56,594 bases of DNA from an uncultured Bacteroidales bacterium (GCA_902783615.1 CACZRQ010000129.1:1-56594), one strand, 5' to 3'; shown: positions 38,418-48,163, numbered from the stretch's first letter. Numbers and translations: made by a program. The notes: generated by a model not told the origin, from the sequence alone.

Positions 38418-39015
38418 TGTGATATTGGCTGCTGGCAATTATCCAGAGCATGAAATTCCTTTGCGGATATTGCAAGAGGCAGAAACGGTGGTTTGCTGTG
38501 ATAGTGCCGCAGAAAGATACCTGGCTGAGGGGAATGTCCCCACCGCCATTGTTGGCGATGGCGACTCCCTGTCAGAAGAACTGAAGTTGCAATATGCCAG
38601 CATTTGGCATCACGAGGTGGAGCAAGACACTAACGACCTGAGTAAGGCTATGCGATTCCTGACCAGACAAGGCATCAAACAGTTTGCCATCCTAGGTGCT
38701 ACAGGCAAACGCGAGGACCATACTTTGGGCAACATCTCCCTGCTCATCGACTTCATGCAGCAAGGCCTTGATGTGCAAATGTTCACCAATCATGGCGTTT
38801 TCATTCCCTGCCAAGGTCAGCGCTCTTTTCAAGTGGAGATAGGTCAGCAGGTATCCATCATCAGCTTTGGAGCCCAAGGTTTTAAAGCTCAAGGGCTGAA
38901 ATATCCCCTTCATGATTTCACCAACTGGTGGCAGGGTACTCTCAACGAAGCGACAGAAACAGAGGTAACCATCTATGCCCAAGGAGACTACTTGGTCTAT
39001 TTGGTATATGGTTAA
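38401..39015 (+). CDS. thiN: Thiamine pyrophosphokinase
   Basis: CCDSAA, VGDGDS, EQDTNDLSKA, GATGKREDHTLGN and GLKYPL motifs. Confidence 0.92.
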   Translation: MKKWNNVILAAGNYPEHEIPLRILQEAETVVCCDSAAERYLAEGNVPTAIVGDGDSLSEELKLQYASIWHHEVEQDTNDLSKAMRFLTRQGIKQFAILGATGKREDHTLGNISLLIDFMQQGLDVQMFTNHGVFIPCQGQRSFQVEIGQQVSIISFGAQGFKAQGLKYPLHDFTNWWQGTLNEATETEVTIYAQGDYLVYLVYG

Positions 39016-39036
39016 AGCCTTCTTTAGTCAAAAGTA

Positions 39037-40353
39037 TTACTCATTCATCAAGAAAGACTTGAAGTCTACGAATTGGCTGGTCATGTCGATGCTTTGCTTG
39101 GTGCCCTTCATGAAGTCCTGCAAACGCTGTGGGATGCTGACGGGCTGACCGATGATGCCTTCTACGGTATCCTTGAACTTGGCTGGATGGGCGGTTTCGA
39201 TGAAGAAGCCGGTTTCACCAGGACGCAGACCTTCACGTAAAGCACGATGGCCGCAAGCACCATGAGGGTCGAGTAGGTAACCATTGGTTTCATAGACACG
39301 ACGAATCTCATCGGCAATCTCTTCGTTGGTATAGGTGGCACCGTTGATATCCTGACAGATAGCAGCATGGCTATTTTCATAAAGCGCCAGCACACGGGCA
39401 AAGTTGCTGGGGTCGCCCACATCCATAGCATTGGCAATGGTGGCGATGCTGGGGCGTGGGTTGTATTGACCAGTCTGCAGATACTGGTAGAAAATGTCGT
39501 TGCGGTTGTTGGCAGCTATGAAGCGTTTGATGGGCAGTCCCATGCGCTTGCCGAAGAGACCTGCAGTAATATTGCCGAAATTGCCGCTGGGGACACAGCA
39601 AACGATTGAAGATTGACAATTGACAATTGACAATTGACAATTCTTCATTAATTGTGCAAGTGCCCAGAAATAGTAGAAGGCTTGGGGCAGGAAGCGAGCT
39701 ACGTTGATGGAGTTGGCACTGGTAAGCTTCATGTGAGCATTCAGCTCTGCATCCATGAAAGCGGATTTTACCAAGCGCTGGCAATCGTCGAAATTGCCAT
39801 CCACCTCTAAGGCAGTGATGTTCTTGCCCAAGGTAGTGAACTGTTTCTCTTGTATCAGACTTACCTTGCCTTTGGGATAGAGCACATAAACGTGGATGCC
39901 AGGAACGCCTAAAAAACCATTGGCTACAGCACTACCAGTATCACCAGAAGTAGCAACAAGGACGTTAACCGTCTGCTGTTGGTTACCAACAAAGTAGCCC
40001 AGCATGCGTGCCATAAAACGGGCACCAACGTCCTTGAAGGCGAGAGTGGGTCCGTGAAACAGCTCTAAGGAGTAGATGTTGTCGCTCACTTTCACCAAAG
40101 GAATATCGAAACTCATGGTGTCAAACACTATCTGCTTCAGCTTGTCGGCTGGGATGTCTTCGCCAAAGAAAGCTTGGGCAACGGCAAATGACACTTCTTG
40201 CAGGGTCATTTGTGACATGTTCTCGTAAAATGCTGCAGGCAGGGCATTGATTCGCTCAGGCATGAACAAACCCTTGTCGGCTGCAAGTCCCTTAACCACT
40301 GCTTCTTGCAGGGTTACATCAGGAGTCTGGTGGTTGGTGCTATAGTATTTCAT
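39037..40353 (-). CDS. thrC: Threonine synthase carrying an in-frame heptamer-derived segment
   Basis: LELFHGPTLAFKD, ATSGDTG, SANSIN, VPSGNFGN and ETAHPAKF motifs. Confidence 0.97.
   Translation of the reverse strand: MKYYSTNHQTPDVTLQEAVVKGLAADKGLFMPERINALPAAFYENMSQMTLQEVSFAVAQAFFGEDIPADKLKQIVFDTMSFDIPLVKVSDNIYSLELFHGPTLAFKDVGARFMARMLGYFVGNQQQTVNVLVATSGDTGSAVANGFLGVPGIHVYVLYPKGKVSLIQEKQFTTLGKNITALEVDGNFDDCQRLVKSAFMDAELNAHMKLTSANSINVARFLPQAFYYFWALAQLMKNCQLSIVNCQSSIVCCVPSGNFGNITAGLFGKRMGLPIKRFIAANNRNDIFYQYLQTGQYNPRPSIATIANAMDVGDPSNFARVLALYENSHAAICQDINGATYTNEEIADEIRRVYETNGYLLDPHGACGHRALREGLRPGETGFFIETAHPAKFKDTVEGIIGQPVSIPQRLQDFMKGTKQSIDMTSQFVDFKSFLMNE
39604..39645. repeat. Heptamer array x6 (42 nt) inside thrC
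   Basis: GATTGAA GATTGAC AATTGAC AATTGAC AATTGAC AATTCTT, translated as KNCQLSIVNCQSSI. Confidence 0.9.
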
Positions 40354-41555
40354 ATCTTCATCAGTTCATTCATAAATTCATTGTATTTCAACAGGCCGTA
40401 GGCACCATTAATGCAACTCACCTCGTTGAAAGTCTGCACTTCATCGGGTTCGATGCCATTATACCATATTAAAAATGGTACTGGCTCGGCCAGGTGGATG
40501 CGCACCTCCACGGGAGTGGGGTGATCAGGCAATACAGCGATGCACACGGGTTCGTTCATCTGCTGCACAGCTTTGTAAATAGGCTTTACGATGCGGCTGT
40601 CGAGATCCTCGATGGTGTGCAACTTCAAGTTGAGGTCGCCATCATGTCCTGCCTCATCGCTGGCTTCTACATGCAAAAACACGAAATCGTCGTGCTTCAG
40701 GGCTTCGATGGCAGCTTGTGCCTTGCCTTCGTAGTTGGTGTCAGCCAAGCCTGTGGCACCTTCAACTGGGATGTCCTTCAAACCTGCATATTTGCCAATA
40801 CCCTTAATGAGATCGACAGCTGTGATGACATCCCCTCGTTTGATTTGCGGATACATCTCCATAAGGGTCTGCATCTGAGGACGATATCCTCCGCTCCAAG
40901 GCCAAATGGAGTTGGCAAGGCCTTTACCCTCTTTAGCTCTTTGGAGGTTGATGGGATGCTTGGGGAGCAGTTGCTGCGATTCGAGGATGAGCTTGGTTAA
41001 AAGAGCTGCGGTTGATTGACCATTGACCATTTTCGGCAACAAAGGTTCCCACGGCTCATCAGGATGATCGTGAGGAGGTGCGCAATCAACGTCTTTGCTA
41101 GCACCTTTGATAACCAAGAGGTGACGATACTGGATGCCTGGAATGAACTTCACAAACTCGTTGCCCAAATGCTCGTCGAGGTATTGGATAAGCTGAGTGC
41201 CCTCTTCGGTGGTGAGGTGAGTGCCATGATGGTTTTTGATTTTGCCATCAGCCAAGGTGATGATGTTGCATCGCATAGCCAGGTCGCCTGGCTGCATGTC
41301 GTAACCAATGGAAGCAGCTTCCAAAGGGCCTCTTCCCTCATAAACCTTATTCATGTCATAGCCTAAAATGGTGGTGTTGGCTACTTCAGAACCTGGGGTA
41401 AAGCCCTCAGGCACTGTTAATAGGCGGCCACATCGTCCTGCCTTGGCCAGCATGTCCATCACTGGGGTGTGGGCGTGTTGCATGAGGGTCTGACCACCCA
41501 GTCGTTCCACTGGATGGTCGGCCATGCCGTCACCTAATATAATAATGTGTTTCAT
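40350..41555 (-). CDS. apgM: Cofactor-independent phosphoglycerate mutase (ApgM family, thr-operon associated)
   Basis: GDGMAD, PGSEVAN, GRGPLEA, HVEASDEAGH and PDHPTP motifs. Confidence 0.92.
   Translation of the reverse strand: MKHIIILGDGMADHPVERLGGQTLMQHAHTPVMDMLAKAGRCGRLLTVPEGFTPGSEVANTTILGYDMNKVYEGRGPLEAASIGYDMQPGDLAMRCNIITLADGKIKNHHGTHLTTEEGTQLIQYLDEHLGNEFVKFIPGIQYRHLLVIKGASKDVDCAPPHDHPDEPWEPLLPKMVNGQSTAALLTKLILESQQLLPKHPINLQRAKEGKGLANSIWPWSGGYRPQMQTLMEMYPQIKRGDVITAVDLIKGIGKYAGLKDIPVEGATGLADTNYEGKAQAAIEALKHDDFVFLHVEASDEAGHDGDLNLKLHTIEDLDSRIVKPIYKAVQQMNEPVCIAVLPDHPTPVEVRIHLAEPVPFLIWYNGIEPDEVQTFNEVSCINGAYGLLKYNEFMNELMKI
41014..41034. repeat. Heptamer array x3 (21 nt) inside apgM
   Basis: GATTGAC CATTGAC CATTTTC, translated as KMVNGQS. 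Confidence 0.6.
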
Positions 41556-41559
41556 AATT

Positions 41560-41594
41560 AATCGTCAATCGTCAATTGTCAATTTTCAATTTTC
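41560..41594. repeat. Heptamer array x5 filling the thrA-apgM junction
   Basis: AATCGTC AATCGTC AATTGTC AATTTTC AATTTTC; overlaps the thrA TGA. Confidence 0.85.
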
Positions 41595-44025
41595 AAACGT
41601 TAGCAATCGACATAATATCTGCAAATACACCAGCTGCTGTTACACTGGCACCAGCGCCATAGCCCTGAATCATCATGGGATATTCGTGGTAACGCTCGGT
41701 GGTGAGCAGGATGATGTTGTTACTGCTCTCTAAACCATAGAATGGATGGTTGTTGGCCACTTCTTCCAATCCCACAGTTGCCTTGCCCTCGTTGAGTCGA
41801 GCCACAAAACGCCAGCGCTTGTTCTGCTCGGCCAACTTTTGACGACGTGCTTCGAAGTCGGCATCCAACTCGGGGATGCGCTTCCAGAAATCATCAAGCG
41901 AGCCCTGCATCAACTCGTCAGGGATGAAGAGATGTTTCTCTACATCTTCCTGATCGAGGCGATAACCTGCCTCGCGTCCTAAGATCACCAACTTGCGGAT
42001 CACATCCGTTCCACTGAGGTCGATGCGTGGGTCTGGCTCAGAGAAGCCTTTTTGCTTGGCCTCTGTAATGGCTTGGCTCATACTGGTTTCTGCACTCAGG
42101 GCATTGAAGATATAATTCAGTGTGCCACTTAGCACAGCCTCAATTTTCAGAATCTTGTCGCCACTGTGAATCAAGTCGTTGATGGTATTGATGATGGGCA
42201 AGCCTGCACCTACATTGGTTTCGAAGAGGAACTTCACTCCACGCTGATGTGCCGTTTGTTTCAGACGCATGTAATTTTCATAGGGCGAAGATGCCGCTAT
42301 CTTATTGGCTGCCACTACAGAAATGTTGTGCTGCAATAGTTCCTCATACAGGGATGCCACTCCGCTGCTGGCTGTACAATCCACAAACACAGCATTGAAA
42401 ATATTCATACCTGTAACCTCGTCCAACAGACCATTGAGGTCGCAATCCTTGCCTTTCTCTAATAATTCGCGTTTGTAGTCTTTCAAGTTGATGCCCTCGC
42501 GTGTGAACAAGCCTTTCTTGCTATTGGCGATACCCACCACGTTGAGCTGCAAGCCATTCTCGCGCATCAGCTTCTCACGCTGACTCTCAATTTGGGTGAT
42601 GAGGCTGTGTCCCACTGTGCCGATGCCACAGATGAACAGGTTCAATACTTGGTATTCTGACAGGAAGAAGGAATCGTGAATCACGTTCAGCGACTTCCTC
42701 AACAGTTTCTTATTCACCACAAATGAGATGTTGGTCTCGCTGGCACCTTGTGCACAGGCGATGACACTGATACCGCTTCGACCCAAGGCTCCAAAGAGCT
42801 TGCCGGCTATGCCTGGAGTATGCTTCATGTTCTCGCCTACGATAGCCACTGTGGCCAAGCCATATTCTGCTTTCATGGGGAACATCTCACCCATCTCGAT
42901 TTCTTTGCTGAATTCCTTGTCGAGCACTTCGCAAGCCGTAACGGCATCAGCTGTGCGCACACCGATAGAGGTGGAGTTCTCACTGGATGCCTGGCTCACC
43001 ATGAATACACTGATGCCATGCTCGGCCAACGTACTGAAGATGCGACGGTTCACACCAATCACACCCACCATGCCGAGACCTTGCACAGTGATGAGGCAGG
43101 TGTCGTCGATGCTACTGATACCCTTGATGGCCTTGCCACTACCATTGGCTGTGCCTTGGCGTATGATGGTTCCCTTGGCTTCAGGGTTGAAGGTATTCTT
43201 AATGAGAATAGGAATGTTCTTGTGATAAACTGGCCAGATGGTGGGTGGGTAAACCACCTTGGCACCGAAGTTGCAGAGCTCGGTTGCCTCGACGTAAGTC
43301 AGACTGCTGATGGTATAGGCTCCATGAATCACGCGTGGGTCGGCAGTCATGAATCCATCCACGTCAGTCCAGATTTCCAGACTCTCTGCATCCAAGGCAG
43401 CTGCAACGATAGCGGCGGTATAGTCGCTACCTCCACGTCCGAGGTTGGTCACCTCACCTGTATTCTTGTCGGTGGCGATGAAACCTGGGATGAGGGTGAG
43501 CTTGGGCAGGTCGCTTAGCTGCTCCTTCACCAGTTGGTTGGTCAGGTCGGCATTCAAGATGTGTTTGCCTTGCTTGCGCTCTGTCTTGATGAACAGGCGG
43601 GAGTCTTTCCATTGGGCACCAGTCACCTCTGCCACGATAAGACTGGAGAGGCGTTCGCCATAGCTCAGGATGGTATCGTTGGTTTTGCGGCTCAGGTCCT
43701 TGATGAGGTAGATGCCTTGGAAGATGTCACGAAGCTCGCCCAGCAGCTGTTCCACCTGAGCCATCAAGCCGTCATAACGGTCGCCTGCGGCAATGTTGTC
43801 GTTGATCAGGTCATAATGTCTTTGTGTCAAGCTGGCCAATTCCTCTTCGTAAGCCTTGTTGCCTTCAGAGGCCATCTTAGCGGTCTTGATGAGCTGGTCG
43901 GTTACCCCTCCGAGGGCTGAAACCACCACAATCACTTGACCTTGCTGATTGCCAACAATCTGTTTGACGTTCCTGATACTGGCGGTGGTACCCACTGATG
44001 AACCACCGAATTTCAATACTTTCAT
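41593..44025 (-). CDS. thrA: Bifunctional aspartokinase/homoserine dehydrogenase
   Basis: VLKFGGSS, LGRGGSD, ACT domains, GIGTVG, ETNVGAGLP, EPDPRIDLSG and GYGAG motifs. Confidence 0.97.
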   Translation of the reverse strand: MKVLKFGGSSVGTTASIRNVKQIVGNQQGQVIVVVSALGGVTDQLIKTAKMASEGNKAYEEELASLTQRHYDLINDNIAAGDRYDGLMAQVEQLLGELRDIFQGIYLIKDLSRKTNDTILSYGERLSSLIVAEVTGAQWKDSRLFIKTERKQGKHILNADLTNQLVKEQLSDLPKLTLIPGFIATDKNTGEVTNLGRGGSDYTAAIVAAALDAESLEIWTDVDGFMTADPRVIHGAYTISSLTYVEATELCNFGAKVVYPPTIWPVYHKNIPILIKNTFNPEAKGTIIRQGTANGSGKAIKGISSIDDTCLITVQGLGMVGVIGVNRRIFSTLAEHGISVFMVSQASSENSTSIGVRTADAVTACEVLDKEFSKEIEMGEMFPMKAEYGLATVAIVGENMKHTPGIAGKLFGALGRSGISVIACAQGASETNISFVVNKKLLRKSLNVIHDSFFLSEYQVLNLFICGIGTVGHSLITQIESQREKLMRENGLQLNVVGIANSKKGLFTREGINLKDYKRELLEKGKDCDLNGLLDEVTGMNIFNAVFVDCTASSGVASLYEELLQHNISVVAANKIAASSPYENYMRLKQTAHQRGVKFLFETNVGAGLPIINTINDLIHSGDKILKIEAVLSGTLNYIFNALSAETSMSQAITEAKQKGFSEPDPRIDLSGTDVIRKLVILGREAGYRLDQEDVEKHLFIPDELMQGSLDDFWKRIPELDADFEARRQKLAEQNKRWRFVARLNEGKATVGLEEVANNHPFYGLESSNNIILLTTERYHEYPMMIQGYGAGASVTAAGVFADIMSIANV

Positions 44026-44119
44026 CTGCTAATTCTTTAAATTTGGCGACAAAATTACGAATAAATTGAGAAAAATGCTAAATAATTTTGTATATTCGCA
44101 ACCTAAACTGTGATATTTT

Positions 44120-45163
44120 ATGACTATGAATGCTGATAACACATCGATTTTGCTGGTCTATACAGGGGGTACCATCGGTATGATTGAGAATCCAGTGACT
44201 GGTGCTTTGGAAAACTTCAGCTTTGAACAGCTCAAGAAACATGTGCCCGAACTGCAGAAGTTCAACTTCAACATCGACAGCTGTCAGTTCGATAAGCCCA
44301 TGGATTCGTCGGATATGGATGCCAAGGCTTGGAGACGCTTGGTGGACATCATTGTGAAGAACTATGACAGATACACGGGCTTTGTGGTGCTGCATGGCAC
44401 TGATACGATGGCTTTCACTGCTTCGGCACTGAGTTTCATGATGCGTGGGTTGACGAAACCTGTGATTCTGACGGGTTCTCAGCTACCTATTGGTGTGATT
44501 CGAACTGATGGCAAGGAAAACCTGCTGACGAGCTTGGAGATTGCTGCAGCTCACAGGCCAGATGGTGAGCCAATGGTGCAGGAGGTGTGTGTGTATTTTG
44601 AGAATAAGTTGATGCGAGGCAATCGCACCACCAAGCTGAATGCTGAGGATTTCAATGCTTTCCGTTCATACAACTATCCCGATTTGGCTACGGTGGGCAT
44701 CCATATCAAGTATAACCAGAATGCCATCCATTATGATGAAGTGAAAATGCCGTTAGAGGTGCATACCGAGATGAACACCAGTGTGGCCATCTTGAAGCTG
44801 TTCCCAGGCATTCAGGAAATGGTGGTGCGCTCTGTCTTGTCAATCAACGGCTTGAAGGGTGTGGTGCTTGAAACCTACGGCAGTGGCAATGCACCCCGCA
44901 AGGATTGGCTGATTGATTGCTTGAGCGAGGCCACCAGTCGAGGGGTGGTAATTGTGAATGTTACTCAGTGTAAGAGTGGTATGGTAGATATGGACAGATA
45001 TGAAACGGGCTATCAGCTGAAGTCGGCTGGGGTGTTGAGTGGCTATGACATCACCACCGAAGCTGCCCTCACGAAGCTGATGTTCCTGTTTGGAGAAGGC
45101 TTGTCTGTGCAGGAAGTTCGCGAGGGCATGATGCATTCGTTGGTGGGAGAAATATCGATGTAA
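44120..45163 (+). CDS. ansA: L-asparaginase type I
   Basis: YTGGTIGM, HGTDTMA, TGSQLP and RGNR motifs. Confidence 0.95.
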   Translation: MTMNADNTSILLVYTGGTIGMIENPVTGALENFSFEQLKKHVPELQKFNFNIDSCQFDKPMDSSDMDAKAWRRLVDIIVKNYDRYTGFVVLHGTDTMAFTASALSFMMRGLTKPVILTGSQLPIGVIRTDGKENLLTSLEIAAAHRPDGEPMVQEVCVYFENKLMRGNRTTKLNAEDFNAFRSYNYPDLATVGIHIKYNQNAIHYDEVKMPLEVHTEMNTSVAILKLFPGIQEMVVRSVLSINGLKGVVLETYGSGNAPRKDWLIDCLSEATSRGVVIVNVTQCKSGMVDMDRYETGYQLKSAGVLSGYDITTEAALTKLMFLFGEGLSVQEVREGMMHSLVGEISM

Positions 45164-46285
45164 TTATTTCTTTTCTCCCAGCACACACCAGCGGATGAAG
45201 GGTATGCGACGGATGATTTCGTACATTAATGGCGACAGGGTGAATACTGCTACTGTCAAAATGAGGTAGATGGCCAAGGGTGGCAGGGTAGTATATAACT
45301 TCAGCACATAGCCCAGACCTGCTATCACCAGATAGTGCATCACATAGATGCCGAAGCTGCTTTTAGTCATATATCCCGCAAAGGCGTTGGTCTTGTCAAA
45401 GCACATCTTAAACCAGCCCATCATCGCCAAGCAGGCCATCCAGCCATAGATGCAGTGCGGCACACTGGCCAGATACTGAGGCTCGGTATTGTTCTCTCCA
45501 AAAGTGGTGGCAATCAGATAGACACCACTTGCTAAGGCGCACACCACGAGTGGTATCCACCACTTGCCTAAGGTTTCCTGCACTGCATCGTGCGAGAACA
45601 CATAATAGCCCATCAGGAAGAAGATGAAGTAGAACACAGGCTTATACAGGTTGAGCAAACCTGCCGCAGGGTTGCTCACATCCATCACCAATGTCTGTGT
45701 GCCCAACCAGAAGAATACACCTAACAGGATGAGCCATACAATGGTTGCCTTTCCCTTCAGCAACTGGCCGCACCAGTCGTGTACTTTATCCTTCGGATCC
45801 ATTTTCTTCAGCAGTAAGAATACCACCGATACCAGCCACAGGTCTTGGATGAACCAGAGATGGCCGATGCCACTTAATGCCCAGAAAAGATATTTCACCA
45901 CTAAAGGCAAACCAGCCGTTAAATCCGTTGCTTGTGCCATGGCAGCCACTTGTGTGTTGAAATAGCCTGTCATCCACTGGAATACAAACAGGCCGATGGT
46001 GGCAGGCACCAGCAGTTTGCGGGTTCTTGCCTTCAGCCATTCCTTGGTGCTGCGTTTACTCAACGCATACTTTACGCTTACACCAGCCAGGATGAACAGC
46101 AGTGGCATGAACCAAGGATAGAGGATGTACATCACCACATCCTGATACTGAGGGTATTCCGGATAGGTTCCGAAACCACCAATGCCTCCAAACACTCCTT
46201 TGTTGTTGTAGAAATAGAACACATGGTAGAACAGCACCAACAGCACTGTTACCCATCGCAGATTGTCAATCCAATGTTTTCTCAT
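45164..46285 (-). CDS. Acyltransferase_3 family membrane protein (OpgC/OafA-like)
   Basis: WIDNLR....LVLFYH, FMPLLF..AG, HLWFI and SFGIYVMH motifs; about 10 TM helices. Confidence 0.85.
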   Translation of the reverse strand: MRKHWIDNLRWVTVLLVLFYHVFYFYNNKGVFGGIGGFGTYPEYPQYQDVVMYILYPWFMPLLFILAGVSVKYALSKRSTKEWLKARTRKLLVPATIGLFVFQWMTGYFNTQVAAMAQATDLTAGLPLVVKYLFWALSGIGHLWFIQDLWLVSVVFLLLKKMDPKDKVHDWCGQLLKGKATIVWLILLGVFFWLGTQTLVMDVSNPAAGLLNLYKPVFYFIFFLMGYYVFSHDAVQETLGKWWIPLVVCALASGVYLIATTFGENNTEPQYLASVPHCIYGWMACLAMMGWFKMCFDKTNAFAGYMTKSSFGIYVMHYLVIAGLGYVLKLYTTLPPLAIYLILTVAVFTLSPLMYEIIRRIPFIRWCVLGEKK

Positions 46286-46427
46286 CGTTAAATAGTTTAG
46301 TTATTTCCATCCTATTTTTCACCATGCAATATTACACACTTTTGCCCAACCCACCAAATTTTTGGGATAAATTACATGGCTTTGTGACGAATGGCATTTG
46401 TCTTTTCGATAGATTCCCTTTTTATCG

Positions 46428-47654
46428 TTAATTAGCAGATGAAGTCTCCCAATCCAAGTCCCAGAAGTTGGTGGAATGCTTCTCACGAAGATCCTTGAGC
46501 TCTTGGTCGGAAAGACGGGTATATTTTACTAAGTTGTAGCGAAAATCATTTGAATTGCTGCTATAATGGTTCTGCATGTTTTGGCGAATCATGTAGAACG
46601 ACTTCTTGTCGTCGTCAAGGCAAATAATCTGCTCTCCACCCACTCGTTGTCCGTCATTGATTTCAAAGAATGTATTGATACTTTCGTCATATACATACTT
46701 CTCTTCATAGAACCAAGGGGTGTTGTTGTGGTAATAACTGGTGGAGAACACTTGATAAGTGTTGTCGCCAAAGAAGTAGTGCACTTTCTTCTCCAATCCC
46801 TCGATATATTCATATTCTTTGCTGTTCACAGTTCCGTTGGTCTCTATCTGGTGCTCGATTTCACATTTCCAACCATAGCCGGCAATGTACTTGCGGAACA
46901 CACTCTCGGAGATTTGCTTCATGCCGTTCACTCTCAGTTGTCCAGGATAAATGTAGCTGAAACTCAACTCACTCATTTTGGCACCAAACAACTTCTTGCC
47001 CTTAGAAGCCTCGAACAACGATGCGCCTACCATCTGATTCATATCTACCTTGTATGTAGAGATTGCCTGATTCTTCTCCACATCGGTAAGACGTTCATAT
47101 ACCTCTACGGAATAGCCATGCTCGCATTTTCCGGCAGGGTCGGGATACCACCAGGTTTCTGCTACAGTGATCATCTGCGAACCATCGGTCGATAGTTTCA
47201 TCACATTGAAAAAGCCAATAGAACCTGTTTGGTCATCGTAATATTTGGTGTTGCCGTAAGTGGTTGAGGGATCTTTTGGGGCGAAATTACTGATTGACAT
47301 GATGGCTATTCTGCGCTCTTGAAGCAGGATGATACATTCGTCGCGATTGCCTTTGTTGTTGTCCTTGATGCTGCCATCAGCCAATACGAAACCCTGTGAA
47401 AGCAATCGCCAGGCATGTCCGTCAATCTCCTTGTCGAAAGTGGCTCGCGAAGGAATCTGGGCATTATCCACAATCAGGATGCCATCGGTATTGAATCGGT
47501 AGCTGAGATTCATGTTCATATTTCCATCTGCACGAGTGCCTACAATCACTTTTGCTTCATTTTTAGCATCCTGTAATGGCTCATCGTCTTTGCTGCAAGC
47601 TGAAAGAAGCAGTGCAGCACATAATGTGGTCAGTAATACATTTGTTGCTTTCAT
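46428..47654 (-). CDS. Surface lipoprotein with two internally duplicated domains, function unknown
   Basis: Lipobox LSAC-SKDDE; repeated motif F.K.I.G..W.......(D/N)G(S/T) and Y.RL(T/S)D.E. Confidence 0.75.
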   Translation of the reverse strand: MKATNVLLTTLCAALLLSACSKDDEPLQDAKNEAKVIVGTRADGNMNMNLSYRFNTDGILIVDNAQIPSRATFDKEIDGHAWRLLSQGFVLADGSIKDNNKGNRDECIILLQERRIAIMSISNFAPKDPSTTYGNTKYYDDQTGSIGFFNVMKLSTDGSQMITVAETWWYPDPAGKCEHGYSVEVYERLTDVEKNQAISTYKVDMNQMVGASLFEASKGKKLFGAKMSELSFSYIYPGQLRVNGMKQISESVFRKYIAGYGWKCEIEHQIETNGTVNSKEYEYIEGLEKKVHYFFGDNTYQVFSTSYYHNNTPWFYEEKYVYDESINTFFEINDGQRVGGEQIICLDDDKKSFYMIRQNMQNHYSSNSNDFRYNLVKYTRLSDQELKDLREKHSTNFWDLDWETSSAN

Positions 47655-47816
47655 TGTCGTTGCATTTAATTTTTTGCAAATTAAATGCCGAAAACTGGAT
47701 ACCTTGCATCAAAAAGCGGTTAATTTTTGTTAAATCCACTAAGAAAGGAAGATGTGAAGTTTTTGTGAACCCATATTTATGTGTGGAATGAGCTGAAACT
47801 TGTATCTTTGTCCTTG

Positions 47817-48092
47817 ATGAAACGGATTTCATACATACTGATTTCTTTGCTGATCTGTTTGACTTCCTGCCACAGGCAAATGAGAGGAGAGGAAGCTTTA
47901 GTGATGGCTGATAGCCTGTATATTGTAGGACTGGATAGTGCAGACTCGGAGCCAGCCATGCAAATGTTGTTGAACTATCAGCGAGCCATTGATGCCATGC
48001 AGGGCGAAGATTCGGTTTCTCTGGTTAGGAAGAGGAAGCCCGCTTATACATCACTTTCAATGATGAAATCCAGTTTGGCTATTTGGAATTGA
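47817..48092 (+). pseudogene. Truncated, internally deleted TPR-regulator remnant
   Basis: MKR..YIL..L...L.SC...L..ADSL......DSA and YQ.A.DAM.G.(D/E) match the N-terminus of 53116-54858; no TM or HTH part; TATCTTTG box at 47803-47810. Confidence 0.65.
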
Positions 48093-48163
48093 GCGATCTG
48101 TTACCTTGAAATCAGACTGCTCCAGAGTTCGCTTATTTGATATTCAGTTCATCGGAGTAAATC

